Source of the DNA: Candidatus Limnocylindria bacterium
Lineage (GTDB): Bacteria; Chloroflexota; Limnocylindria; P2-11E
DNA length: 53,652 nt
Direction of reading: 5' to 3'
Assembly: GCA_036569845.1 (NCBI GenBank)
Contig: DATCPY010000065.1
Location: 1 to 53,652, forward strand
This document shows positions 34,517 through 43,595 of this stretch, piece after piece. The notes below the pieces were generated by a model. That model saw only the letters and a program-made list of their open reading frames with translations, ran no database searches and was not told where the DNA came from. Every line of letters starts with the position of its first letter. The stretch's first letter is position 1. The translations under genes were made by a program, and so were the position numbers.

Positions 34517-34927
34517 TCACCGCGCCTTCGGCGCGTCGGCCGCAGGCGCTCGCTTCGTGCTCAAGAAGTCTTCGAGGAGCACGCGCGCGGCACCCGCGTC
34601 GGGATCTTCGGCGCCGCGCCGGGCCGCCTCGACAGTCGTGTTGCGCTCGTCGTAGAGCTGCACGGTCAGGCCGGTCGGCTCGAGCGATGCGGCGAAGCGG
34701 CGCACGCGTTGCGCTTGCGTGCCTTCCTCACCACGCAGGGTCAGCGGCAGTCCGATCACGAGAGCGCCGACCTCCTCGCCGCGTGCGATCGAGGCGATCC
34801 GTTCGATGTCCGCAGCGAGGCGTCGCGATCGGCGGAGGGTCGGCAGCGCGCGCGTGAGGCCGAACGCGTCATCCCCGACCGCGAGACCGATCCGGCGGTC
34901 GCCAACGTCGAGCGCAAGATAGCGCAC
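34517..34927 (-). CDS. ruvX: Putative pre-16S rRNA nuclease / Holliday-junction-resolvase-like RuvX (YqgF)
   Basis: From GTG 34927: VRYLALDVGDRRIGLAVGD...LVIGLPL...DERNTTVEA. Confidence 0.88.
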   Translation of the reverse strand: MRYLALDVGDRRIGLAVGDDAFGLTRALPTLRRSRRLAADIERIASIARGEEVGALVIGLPLTLRGEEGTQAQRVRRFAASLEPTGLTVQLYDERNTTVEAARRGAEDPDAGAARVLLEDFLSTKRAPAADAPKAR

Positions 34928-34928
34928 G

Positions 34929-36380
34929 TCAGTTGACCGCGATCCGCGCGTCGAGCAGCGGCATCCGCGGCCACCAGCTCGGGGAGATCCGCAGGTCGGT
35001 GACCCGGAGCCCCTGGGCGGCAAGGACGTCGCGGGCCTCGGCCGGCGTGCGTCCGGCGAGCGCTCCGCGGATCCGGGCCGAGTCGAGCTGGGCGGACTGG
35101 CTGCCGGCGGCGGTGATCTTCCAGGTGACCCCGTTGTCCGCGACGCTCGCGATCGCGTTGAACTGGGCCGTGCGCTCGTCCAGGGCGTTGCCCGGCGAGG
35201 CCATCGTGCGGTAGCGCTCGAGGGCGGCCTTCGTCGGCTGATCGCCCGCGACGGCGAAGCCCTGCACGCTTGCCGAGACCGAAATGTCAAAGGTGGCCAC
35301 CTCCTTGCCGACCACGTCGCTGACGCTTCCCTGCGACGTCAGCGACGGCGTCCCGACGTAGATGAGGGCGTCGCCGGTGAGCTGCGACTTCCAGCGCAGC
35401 TTCTGGTTGTTCGCTTCATCCGCAAGTGCGCGGTCCACGCTCGCCTTCGCCGTCGCGGCGGTGTAATCCTCGGCCTTCACGACCGGGATGGTCTTCGTCG
35501 CGCCGCCCGCGGTCGCAGCGGGATTCGTCACAAGGTAGCGGCCGCTGTTGCTCACGATGATCCGGTTCGCGGCGATGTTGCCGCTCGCGCCGCCGAGCAC
35601 CGCCTCGACCCCGATATCGGCGGTGCCGGGGATGACGGTCACGAAGACGATGACGCTGCGCGGCAAGGTCTTCGTCTCGGTCGTCGCGAATTGGATCCGA
35701 TCACTGCCGGTCGTGGTCTGGACGACCGTGCCCCTGGGGATCACCAGGTCGTCCGTGGTCTGATTCGAGAACCGCACCGATCCGGTCGCCTTCACATCCT
35801 CGGTGCGCGCGCCGGTCGCGGTACCGGTCACCTTTGTCGTGATCGTCGCCGAGAGCGGCTGGGCCGGGACGTCGCCGCCGGCGCCCGCCCGGATGGTGAA
35901 GGTCGCACCGGGCATCGGGATGGCGGACGGCGACACGGTCACCGCGGCCGAGGGCAGCACGACGATGAGCAGGAGCGCGAGCGCGCCGAGGACGCTGGCG
36001 GCGATGCCGATGGCCCGCGCCGGGGATCCAAGCGAGGGCGCGGGCCGTCGCGCGGCGACGCTCGCGAGCGGTCCGCGCCGGGGCGCGCCGAGCTTCTCGG
36101 TCGGATCGAGCTCTTCGCGCTCGAGCGAGCCCAGTGTCGCGTACGCGGGCACATGGACCGACGCCGCGATCGAACGCGCGCGGGAGTCGCTGGACACCAC
36201 GGCGAGGCGTCGCTGACCGGCGAGCCCCCGCGCGACCTCGAGGAACACGGCATTGCGCGCGAACGGCGCGCCGGCGGGAACGACGAACACGACCGGCGCG
36301 TCGGCCGGCGCGGTGGCCAGCCGCTCCGCGGCGTCGAGGATCGTGGCCCGGGCGTCCAGGTCGATCACGGTCCGGGTCAC
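34929..36380 (-). CDS. Bitopic membrane protein: cytoplasmic N-terminal domain, one TM, large beta-rich extracytoplasmic domain. Family not recognised.
   Basis: 483 aa. The N-terminal approximately 90 aa are soluble (VVFVVPAGAPFARNAVFLEVARG...LAVVSSD). The TM is AIGIAASVLGALALLLIVVLP. The rest is Thr/Val/Gly-rich beta-strand-like sequence. GTGA overlap with the upstream gene. Confidence 0.6.
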   Translation of the reverse strand: MTRTVIDLDARATILDAAERLATAPADAPVVFVVPAGAPFARNAVFLEVARGLAGQRRLAVVSSDSRARSIAASVHVPAYATLGSLEREELDPTEKLGAPRRGPLASVAARRPAPSLGSPARAIGIAASVLGALALLLIVVLPSAAVTVSPSAIPMPGATFTIRAGAGGDVPAQPLSATITTKVTGTATGARTEDVKATGSVRFSNQTTDDLVIPRGTVVQTTTGSDRIQFATTETKTLPRSVIVFVTVIPGTADIGVEAVLGGASGNIAANRIIVSNSGRYLVTNPAATAGGATKTIPVVKAEDYTAATAKASVDRALADEANNQKLRWKSQLTGDALIYVGTPSLTSQGSVSDVVGKEVATFDISVSASVQGFAVAGDQPTKAALERYRTMASPGNALDERTAQFNAIASVADNGVTWKITAAGSQSAQLDSARIRGALAGRTPAEARDVLAAQGLRVTDLRISPSWWPRMPLLDARIAVN

Positions 36381-37408
36381 GAGTACGCGTCCGCGCCGAG
36401 CGCAGCGGCACCGGCCGCGACGAGGTCATCTGCCCCGAGGGTCGCGTCCGCCACCAAGCGCGGCACGAGGCTCGTGCGCAACGGGAGGACATCAACGGGG
36501 CTCCCCCGCTCCGCGGTCGCGGCGGCGGCGAGCGCGCTCGCGAGCGCCGCGAGCGCCTCGGGCACCCCGGCCACGTACCACCGGCCCGGCTGCTCCAGAC
36601 CGAGCGACCGCACCGTCGCGACGATGCAGCGCGCCCATACGGAGGCATCGGATGCGACCGCGCGCGCGATGAGCGCATCACGACCCACGGCGAACACGCG
36701 TGTGCCGGTGACCCGGCTGTCTCGGACGACGGTCACCGTGGTCTGATCGGCCGCGAGGCGGGCGATCCCCGCTTCGGCCACACCCGACTCCGCGACCAGC
36801 CGCCCGAGCGCGTAGGCGCCCGACGTCGCCGTGCCTCGCCGTTTCGCGGACTCGAGCGTCGCGGTGGCGCCGCCGGCCTGGACGAGCGGAGCGAGTGCGA
36901 CGTCGGTCCGCACCTCGAGACGCTGCCCGCGGTCGCCGACCGGCGAGCCGAGACGGCGGCCGTCGAGCACGAAGCCGCCGACGTCGTCGCGCAGCTCGGC
37001 CGTCGCGATGCCCCGCAAGGCCGGGTCATCCCCGGCGAGGTCGCGGGCCGAGCGCGCAGCCGCCTCGCGCGCGAGCCGGATGGCCTTGACCGCTTCTCCC
37101 GGCGAGACCGCATCCCGCTGATCCTCGCGCTCGAAGGTGGTGCTCTCGTGATAGGTCCGGATGTCATCGCCGTCGATCGCGACGACGACTTTCTCCGCGC
37201 GCGCCACGCGCTCCGCGGCCGCGAACGCAGCGACGAGCGCATCGCCGACCGCGCGCCGATCGGAGATGTAGCCGCCGCTCAGCGCGCTCGCCGGGATCGG
37301 CGCGTGGCCGACGCCGGTGACGCGGAAGCGACCGGAGTCGCGATGACCGACGACGACGCGCACGGCTGCCGAGGCGAGCTCGACCCCGGCGACGCCGGGA
37401 CTAGCCAC
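36377..37408 (-). CDS. FtsA/PilM-like actin-fold protein with degenerate nucleotide-binding motifs
   Basis: 343 aa from GTG 37408. It is colinear with the FtsA layout: GVELASAAVRVVVG sits at the phosphate-1 position (normally GLDIGT...), LEVRTDVALAP resembles rLEV..hvvt, and ARLAADQTTVTVV sits at the phosphate-2 position (normally DIGGGTTD). Confidence 0.55.
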   Translation of the reverse strand: MASPGVAGVELASAAVRVVVGHRDSGRFRVTGVGHAPIPASALSGGYISDRRAVGDALVAAFAAAERVARAEKVVVAIDGDDIRTYHESTTFEREDQRDAVSPGEAVKAIRLAREAAARSARDLAGDDPALRGIATAELRDDVGGFVLDGRRLGSPVGDRGQRLEVRTDVALAPLVQAGGATATLESAKRRGTATSGAYALGRLVAESGVAEAGIARLAADQTTVTVVRDSRVTGTRVFAVGRDALIARAVASDASVWARCIVATVRSLGLEQPGRWYVAGVPEALAALASALAAAATAERGSPVDVLPLRTSLVPRLVADATLGADDLVAAGAAALGADAYS

Positions 37409-40085
37409 GACCTCCGAGCTTTTCGCGCACGGCGCGCGCGCCGGCCTCGAGCGCATCGCCGAGGCGCGCGGGGTCCTTGCCGCCACCGGTCGCGCTGTTG
37501 GCGGGGCCGCCGCCGCTCCCGCCGATGATCGACGAGAGCTCCTTCACGAGGTTCCCCGCGTGCACGCGCTCGACGAGATCCTTGCTCACGGCGACCGCGA
37601 GCCCGGGCCGGCCCCCATGGGTCGAGCCGAGCACGGCGACCCCTGAGCCGAGCCCTTCGCGCACCCGGTCGGCCAGGCCGCGGAGGACCTGCTGGTCGTA
37701 GTCGCCGACGTCCAAGACGACGAGCTTCGCGCCGCCGACGGCCTCCGCCTTCGCGACGAGCCCCGCCGCGGTCTGATCGACACCGCTCTTCTGCAACGAC
37801 GCGAGCTGCTTCTCGAGACGCTCGCGCGACTCGGCGATCTGGACGACGGCCTCAGGCAGGCGCGCCGGCGGCACCTTGAGCGCGCCCGCGGCGCGGTCGA
37901 CGCGGTCGCGCATTTCGTGGACCTCGCGGAGCGCGCCTTCGCCGGTCACCGCCTCGATGCGCCGCACGCCCGCCCCGATCGACTCCTCCTTCGTGATGAG
38001 GAACAGCCCGATGTCCCCAGTGCAATGGCAATGCGTCCCGCCGCAGAGCTCGCGCGAGGTCGGGCCGGCCTCGACGACGCGGACCAGGTCCCCGTACTTC
38101 TCGTCGAAGAGGTGGGTCGCCCCGGACGCCAGCGCATCCTGCAGCGGCATCGACTGCGCGTGGACGCTCGCGTTGGTAAGGATCGCGTCGTTCACCTCGT
38201 CCTCGACCCGCCGCAGCTCCTCCGCCGTGAGCGCGCGGCCGAACGTGAAGTCGAAACGGAGATTCGGCGCATGGACGAGCGAACCCGCCTGATGCACATC
38301 GTCGCCGAAGCTGCGGCGCAACGTGGCGTGTAGGAGGTGCGTCGCCGTGTGGTTGCGCATGGTGTGCCGGCGCACGTCTTCGTCGACCGACGCGCGAGCG
38401 GGCGCGCCGGCGCGCAGGACCCCGTCGACGACCTTCGCGCTCATGACGATGACCCGCGCGGCGGCGGTCTGGGTGTCCGCGACGAGCGCGCGGCCCTCGG
38501 AGGTCGTGATGTCGCCGCGGTCGCCGACCTGGCCGCCGCCCTCCGGATAGAAGGGCGTGCGGTCGAGAACGATCTCGACGTCCTGGCCCTCGCGCGCCTC
38601 GTCCACGCGTTGGCCACCGATGACGAGCGCGCGGATGACGGCGTCGGACGCGAGCTCGTCGTATCCGGTGAAGGTGCTCGAGAGACCCTCCTTCTCATGG
38701 AGGTCCGCGTACAGCTGGCCGAAGCGCATCGCGTCCTGCGAGAACTTCGCGGCCGCGCGGCCGCGCTGCCGCTGCGCGTCGAGGAGCTTCTTGAAACCGG
38801 CCTCGTCGACGCCGATCCCCGCGGCGGTCACGAGCTCTCTCGTCATCTCCATCGGGAACCCGAACGTGTCGTACAGCCGGAAGGCCGTTTCCCCGTCGAT
38901 CTCGCCTCGGCCGCCCTGCTTCGCCGCGGCGATCGCCAGGGTGAGCTGCTCCATCCCGCTCGTGAGCGTGCGCTCGAACTTCTCCTCTTCCGCGCCGATC
39001 GTCTCCGCGATCCGCTCGCGGGCCGCGGTGAGCTCGTGGTAATGCTTCTGCATCGACTTCACGACCTCGCCAGAGACCTGCGTGATCGCGCCGGTCCGCA
39101 GGCCGAGCCGCCGGGCGTGGAGTGCGGCGCGCCGGATGAGCCGGCGCAGCACGTAGCCGCGGCCCTCGTTGGACGGCGCGATGCCGTCGGCGATGAGGAA
39201 CGCGGCCGCGCGCGCGTGCTCGGCGACCACGCGCATTGAGGTGTCGCCTGCGGTGTCGTCGCCGTACTTCTTGCCGGTGAGGGTCTCGATCTTCTTCATG
39301 AGCGGCTGGAAGAGATCGGTCTTGAACGTGTCGGTCACGCCCTGGAGGACCTGCGACGTGCGCTCGAGGCCCGCGCCCGTGTCGATGTTCCGCTTGGAGA
39401 GCGGCACCAGGGTGCCGTCCTCCTTGCGGTCGTACTGCTGGAATACGAAGTTCCAGATCTCGAGGTAGCGGCCGCAATCCTCGCCCGGGTTGCAGTCGTG
39501 TGGCTTGACGCCGGGCTGCGGGCCGCGGTCGACGAAGACCTCGCTGCACGGCCCGCATAGGCCGGTCGGGCCCGGCGACCAGAAGTTCGTGTCGTCGCCC
39601 TTCGCGAGGTTGCCGAGCCGGAACACCTTCTCGGGCGGCAGGAGCGCGAGCTCCTTCGTCCAGATGTCGAAGGCCTCGTCGTCATCGAAGTAGACGGTCG
39701 CGACGAGCGTCTTCGGATCGATCTCGAACTGCTCGGTCAGCAGCTCCCAGCCCCAGCCGATCGCTTCCTTCTTCCAGTAGTCGCCGATCCCGAAGTTGCC
39801 GAGCATCTCGAAGAACGTGTTGTGGTACGTGTCGAAGCCGACGACGTCGAGATCGGTGGTCCGGAAGCACTTCTGGACCGTGACCAGCCGCTTCGCCGGC
39901 GGCTGCTTCTTCCCGAGGAAGTACGGCACGATCGGCTGCATCCCTGCACTGGTGAACAGGACGCTCGGGTCGTCCTTCAGGACGAGGGGCGCGCTGGGCA
40001 GGCGGTGATGGCCCTTCTCCTCGAAGAACTTGATGAATCGCTCGCGGATCGTCTGGCTGTCTACGGCGAACGTCCCTTCATACAA
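37401..40085 (-). CDS. alaS: Alanine--tRNA ligase
   Basis: 894 aa. Contains IRERFIKFFEEKGH, FTSAGM, the editing-domain HTATHLLH and CGGTHC, and a C-terminal DHHA1-like region. A TTG start is the only in-frame start near the N-terminus. Confidence 0.95.
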   Translation of the reverse strand: MYEGTFAVDSQTIRERFIKFFEEKGHHRLPSAPLVLKDDPSVLFTSAGMQPIVPYFLGKKQPPAKRLVTVQKCFRTTDLDVVGFDTYHNTFFEMLGNFGIGDYWKKEAIGWGWELLTEQFEIDPKTLVATVYFDDDEAFDIWTKELALLPPEKVFRLGNLAKGDDTNFWSPGPTGLCGPCSEVFVDRGPQPGVKPHDCNPGEDCGRYLEIWNFVFQQYDRKEDGTLVPLSKRNIDTGAGLERTSQVLQGVTDTFKTDLFQPLMKKIETLTGKKYGDDTAGDTSMRVVAEHARAAAFLIADGIAPSNEGRGYVLRRLIRRAALHARRLGLRTGAITQVSGEVVKSMQKHYHELTAARERIAETIGAEEEKFERTLTSGMEQLTLAIAAAKQGGRGEIDGETAFRLYDTFGFPMEMTRELVTAAGIGVDEAGFKKLLDAQRQRGRAAAKFSQDAMRFGQLYADLHEKEGLSSTFTGYDELASDAVIRALVIGGQRVDEAREGQDVEIVLDRTPFYPEGGGQVGDRGDITTSEGRALVADTQTAAARVIVMSAKVVDGVLRAGAPARASVDEDVRRHTMRNHTATHLLHATLRRSFGDDVHQAGSLVHAPNLRFDFTFGRALTAEELRRVEDEVNDAILTNASVHAQSMPLQDALASGATHLFDEKYGDLVRVVEAGPTSRELCGGTHCHCTGDIGLFLITKEESIGAGVRRIEAVTGEGALREVHEMRDRVDRAAGALKVPPARLPEAVVQIAESRERLEKQLASLQKSGVDQTAAGLVAKAEAVGGAKLVVLDVGDYDQQVLRGLADRVREGLGSGVAVLGSTHGGRPGLAVAVSKDLVERVHAGNLVKELSSIIGGSGGGPANSATGGGKDPARLGDALEAGARAVREKLGGRG

Positions 40086-40126
40086 CGAAAAACGCGGGTC
40101 ACGGTCGGTCGACCGGCTCCCGCGTT
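40086..40126 (-). terminator. Intrinsic-terminator-like hairpin plus U-tract downstream of the YtxH-like gene, abutting the alaS start codon
   Basis: The mRNA sense is AACGCGGG-(20-nt loop containing the palindrome CGGUCGACCG)-CCCGCGUU-UUUCG, immediately followed by the UUG start of alaS. Confidence 0.45.
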
Positions 40127-40148
40127 CCCCGTTGAAAAGGATACGGGA

Positions 40149-40442
40149 CTAGGACTTCGAAGCGGTACCACCTCCGGTGGTGCCGCCCGAGCGGCCGGTG
40201 CCGGTACCGGTCGTCCGCGCGCTGCCGGTGCTGTCCCATTCCTTCTTCGCGTCGCCGATGATCTCGCGCCCCTTCACGGTGACATCGTCGGCGATCTTCT
40301 GCGCAATGCGCTGGAGATCGTCGGCCCGCTTCTTCAGTTCGTCCGCGCGGGTCTGGAGCTCACCGCGCATGCCGTCGCCCGGCTTCGGCGCATAGAGCAG
40401 CGCTCCGACCGCACCGAGCAAGAGACCAAATATGAAACCCAT
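40149..40442 (-). CDS. YtxH-domain protein (general-stress-like, N-terminal TM plus coiled coil)
   Basis: MGFIFGLLLGAVGALLYAPKPG..MR.EL...ADELKKRADDL is typical of YtxH. Confidence 0.75.
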   Translation of the reverse strand: MGFIFGLLLGAVGALLYAPKPGDGMRGELQTRADELKKRADDLQRIAQKIADDVTVKGREIIGDAKKEWDSTGSARTTGTGTGRSGGTTGGGTASKS

Positions 40443-40446
40443 GTCG

Positions 40447-40647
40447 TTACCCCCTGATGCCTTCTAGGACCATGACCGAGAGCGAGGCAAGACCTGCGCC
40501 AACGCAGGCGAACAGTACCTGCGCCTCCCCGAGCGTACCGGTCCGCCATCCGCCGATCTCGCCGAGGGTCTGCGCCGCGAGCACCGCCGCGGCCGCGAGG
40601 ATCCAGGCCGCCGGCATCCCCCTTGGCCGTCCGAAGACCGCCCGCAC
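40447..40647 (-). CDS. Possible small two-TM membrane protein
   Basis: 66-aa ORF 4 nt upstream of the YtxH gene, with hydrophobic segments AAWILAAAAVLAA and VLFACVGAGLASLSVMVL. No family recognised. Confidence 0.35.
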   Translation of the reverse strand: MRAVFGRPRGMPAAWILAAAAVLAAQTLGEIGGWRTGTLGEAQVLFACVGAGLASLSVMVLEGIRG

Positions 40648-40702
40648 GGCGGCCGGGACGCCGATCGCAACGAGGGCCAGCGGGACGAGGGCCGGCGGCA
40701 GG

Positions 40703-42121
40703 TCAGTCCGCCGCGGCCGGCGCAGACCGGGCGACCGCGACCGGCGCCCGCCTGCGCGCGATCCACGCCGGGAACGCGAACAGCGTGACCGCGCCGGATC
40801 GTCGCGCGAGCTCGGGCTCGAGCTCGCCCGCCGGCATCCGCACGAACCCGGCGAACGCGAAGAGCGGCAGCAGGAAGAAATAGGAGAACAGGCTTCGATA
40901 CGCGAAGAACAGCGGCAGCGTCGCGAGTACCGCGCCGAGCTCGGGACTGGTGCGCCGTGCGCGCCACGCGACCGCGACGCACACGGCGAACGCGGCTGCT
41001 TCGAGGGCCGTGTACGCGAGCGGCGGCCAGAGGGGCAGGACGCCGTTCAAGGCGGCGAAGATGATGCCCGCGCCGCGCGGGAACATCGGGTCCGCGATCG
41101 GCGCGGTCACGCCCGCGAGCCACGCGCGCGGATCCATGACGATGAAGGGAAGATCCACAAGGGCGAACACGGCCATGGCTGCGGCGCTCTTTCGCACCGC
41201 GGCCCTCCACCCCTCGCGGGTCGCGATAGCGATGAAGAAGAACACCGCGTAGAACCACGCGATCTGCTTCGTGGCGCAGGCGACGCCGAACAGCACGCCG
41301 CTCCAGCGCTTCTCGCGCCAGATCCACGCCGCGACGAGCGGGAGCGCGAACAGGAGGTCGGCGCTGCCGCTGACCGTGAACGCCGCGAGGCTCGCCGCGC
41401 CGAGAAGCCCGGTGAGGACGAAGGGCCGCAGGCCGGCGGAGGCGCGCACGAGGACCAGGGTCATGGCCGCCAGCAGGCACAAGACGTACAGAAGGTTCGT
41501 GTCCCAGCCCAGCGCGACCCAGGGCGCGATGAGCACGAAGGACAGCGCCGGGTACGACGGCTTCGACTCGAACTCGACGTTCTGGGTGCTCTCGAGGCTG
41601 CGGCTGGCCCACACCGTGTCGAGCTCGCCGTCGGTCGGGTACGACCCGTCGCGCGCGAACAGACCCTGGCGCAGCGGCGTCGTGCGATCCGCTCCGATGC
41701 CAAGACGGGCGTAGCACGTGAACACATCGAGCTCGGCATAGGGGTCGCGGCCGTCGAGGAACAGCCGCGCCGCGCACTCATTCAGGGCGATCGCATCGTT
41801 GTGGTACGGCGTCCAGTCGCCGGAGTGCTGCCGCGGCGCGGCGAAGAGCCACGATGCGCCGACGAGCGCCATGACACAGACGACCAGCCACGCGGCGCGG
41901 TGCGTCCGCACGTACCGCTGGACCGGCGGACTCTTCGCTTCACCGCGGCCGTCGCCGGTCATCGCGACGGCGAGCATCGCGATGCTCGCCGCGATCGCCA
42001 GAACGACCAGCACGGCGCCGTACGGGCTCGGTCGGTAGATGACCATCGAGTTCACGAGGCCGGCGTAATAGAGGACAGCGCCGCTCAGGGTGATCGCGAC
42101 GAGCCGGACGAGGGCACGCAT
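40703..42121 (-). CDS. Polytopic membrane protein, probably a GT-C-type glycosyltransferase (DUF2029/GT87-like)
   Basis: 472 aa with at least 10 predicted TM segments and an extracytoplasmic loop after TM2. The family assignment rests on overall architecture only. Confidence 0.5.
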   Translation of the reverse strand: MRALVRLVAITLSGAVLYYAGLVNSMVIYRPSPYGAVLVVLAIAASIAMLAVAMTGDGRGEAKSPPVQRYVRTHRAAWLVVCVMALVGASWLFAAPRQHSGDWTPYHNDAIALNECAARLFLDGRDPYAELDVFTCYARLGIGADRTTPLRQGLFARDGSYPTDGELDTVWASRSLESTQNVEFESKPSYPALSFVLIAPWVALGWDTNLLYVLCLLAAMTLVLVRASAGLRPFVLTGLLGAASLAAFTVSGSADLLFALPLVAAWIWREKRWSGVLFGVACATKQIAWFYAVFFFIAIATREGWRAAVRKSAAAMAVFALVDLPFIVMDPRAWLAGVTAPIADPMFPRGAGIIFAALNGVLPLWPPLAYTALEAAAFAVCVAVAWRARRTSPELGAVLATLPLFFAYRSLFSYFFLLPLFAFAGFVRMPAGELEPELARRSGAVTLFAFPAWIARRRAPVAVARSAPAAAD

Positions 42122-42126
42122 CGCCG

Positions 42127-43212
42127 CTACGCCGCGAGCGGGCGGTCGACCACGCCACCGCCGATGACCTCGTCATCGCGGTACAGGACGGCAGCCTGGC
42201 CGGGCGCCACGAGGGCGGCCTGGGCCAGCTCGAGCACGGCTCCGCTGCGGTCCGTCGACATGCGGACCTCCGACGCAAGCGGCGTGCCCCGATACCGAAG
42301 GACGGCCTCCGCGGTGAAGACGTCCGCAGGCGCGGCGTCCGCCGTGAACGTGACGTCGCGTAACGCGTACGTCCGCGTGGCGATCTCGTCCCGGCGGCCC
42401 ACGACCGCGACCCCGCGCTCGGGCTCGAGGCGCAGGACGTACAGGCGCTCGCCGGTGGCGACGCCGACGCCCGCGCGCTGACCAACGGTGAGGCCGCCAA
42501 CGCCGGCATGCGCCCCGATGACGGTGCCGTCGGCGCGCTCGATGGGTCCGGCGGCGAACGCCTCCGGGGCGCGGGCCCGGACGAAGTCGCGGTAGTTACC
42601 GCCGATGAAGCAGATGTCCATGCTCTCCGCCTTCGCGGCATTCGGCAGGCCGAATCGGGCCGCGAGCGCGCGAGTCTCGGCCTTGTCGGCGAGCTCGCCG
42701 ATCGGCAGCTCGAGCGCGCCGAGCTCGCGCTGGCCCAGCATGTACAGCGCGTAGGACTGGTCCTTGTTCGGGTCGCGCGCGCGGAGCAGCCGGCGCCGGT
42801 CGCCGGGTCCCCCGGCCACCCGGGCGTAGTGACCCGTCGCCAGGCGCGAGGCGCCGAACTTCCGGGTCACGTCGCCGAGCAGGGCCTCGAACTTCACGTA
42901 GCCGTTGCACGCGACACACGGATTCGGGGTCTCCCCCACGGCGTACGACCGCACGAAGCGATCGACGACCTCGCGTCCGAAGACCTCCGCGTAGTCGAGG
43001 GCATAGAACGGGATCCCGAGGTGCGCGGCCGCGCGACGCGCATCTTCGCCTGCCGCGTCCGTCCCGCAGCAGCGCGGGGCGTCGCTGCTCGTGCCGACAG
43101 GGGTCAAGCGCATCCAGACGCCGACGACGTCCTCGCCCCGCTCGACGAGGAGCGCGGCCGCGAGCGCCGAGTCGACGCCACCGCTCATCGCGACGAACAC
43201 CCGATCGCTCAC
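42127..43212 (-). CDS. mnmA: tRNA 2-thiouridine(34) synthase MnmA
   Basis: Contains VFVAMSGGVDSALAA (PP-loop), NPCVACN and ATGHYAR. Confidence 0.93.
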   Translation of the reverse strand: MSDRVFVAMSGGVDSALAAALLVERGEDVVGVWMRLTPVGTSSDAPRCCGTDAAGEDARRAAAHLGIPFYALDYAEVFGREVVDRFVRSYAVGETPNPCVACNGYVKFEALLGDVTRKFGASRLATGHYARVAGGPGDRRRLLRARDPNKDQSYALYMLGQRELGALELPIGELADKAETRALAARFGLPNAAKAESMDICFIGGNYRDFVRARAPEAFAAGPIERADGTVIGAHAGVGGLTVGQRAGVGVATGERLYVLRLEPERGVAVVGRRDEIATRTYALRDVTFTADAAPADVFTAEAVLRYRGTPLASEVRMSTDRSGAVLELAQAALVAPGQAAVLYRDDEVIGGGVVDRPLAA

Positions 43213-43595
43213 GGCGCCGCCCGGACTCGCGCGTCCAGCAGGGCCGCGCGCAGCGCGCCGATCGCCATGAGGGCGCAGGCCTCCTTGCGCGCGGGCAGTC
43301 CACCGAGCGCGTTCAACACGTCGGCCGGCTCGAGACGCGCAGCGTCATCGACCGGCAGCCCGTTCGCCAGCTCCGTCAGCACCGACGCGGACGCGATCGC
43401 CGCGGTGCAGCCAAAGGTACGAAATCGCAGCTCGTTCACCCGGCCGTCAGCGACACGCAGGGTCATGACCGTCCGGTCACCGCACGACGGGTTCGCGTCG
43501 GCACCGGTGCCGCTCGGATCGGAGAGGGTGCCTGTGTTACGCGGACGGGTCAGGTGATCCAGGGCGACGTCCGAATAGTGATCGCCCTCCGTCAC
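43209..43595 (-). CDS. iscU: IscU/NifU-like Fe-S cluster scaffold
   Basis: From GTG 43595 (GTGA overlap with the iscS stop). Contains NPSCGD, FGCTAAIASAS and ACALMAIGAL (three Cys ligands). Confidence 0.85.
   Translation of the reverse strand: MTEGDHYSDVALDHLTRPRNTGTLSDPSGTGADANPSCGDRTVMTLRVADGRVNELRFRTFGCTAAIASASVLTELANGLPVDDAARLEPADVLNALGGLPARKEACALMAIGALRAALLDARVRAAP

Noticed and set aside
40086-40148. T-box or other riboswitch leader upstream of alaS
   Set aside because: Only 63 nt separate alaS from the upstream gene. This is far too short for a T-box (specifier loop plus antiterminator), and no T-box consensus is visible.
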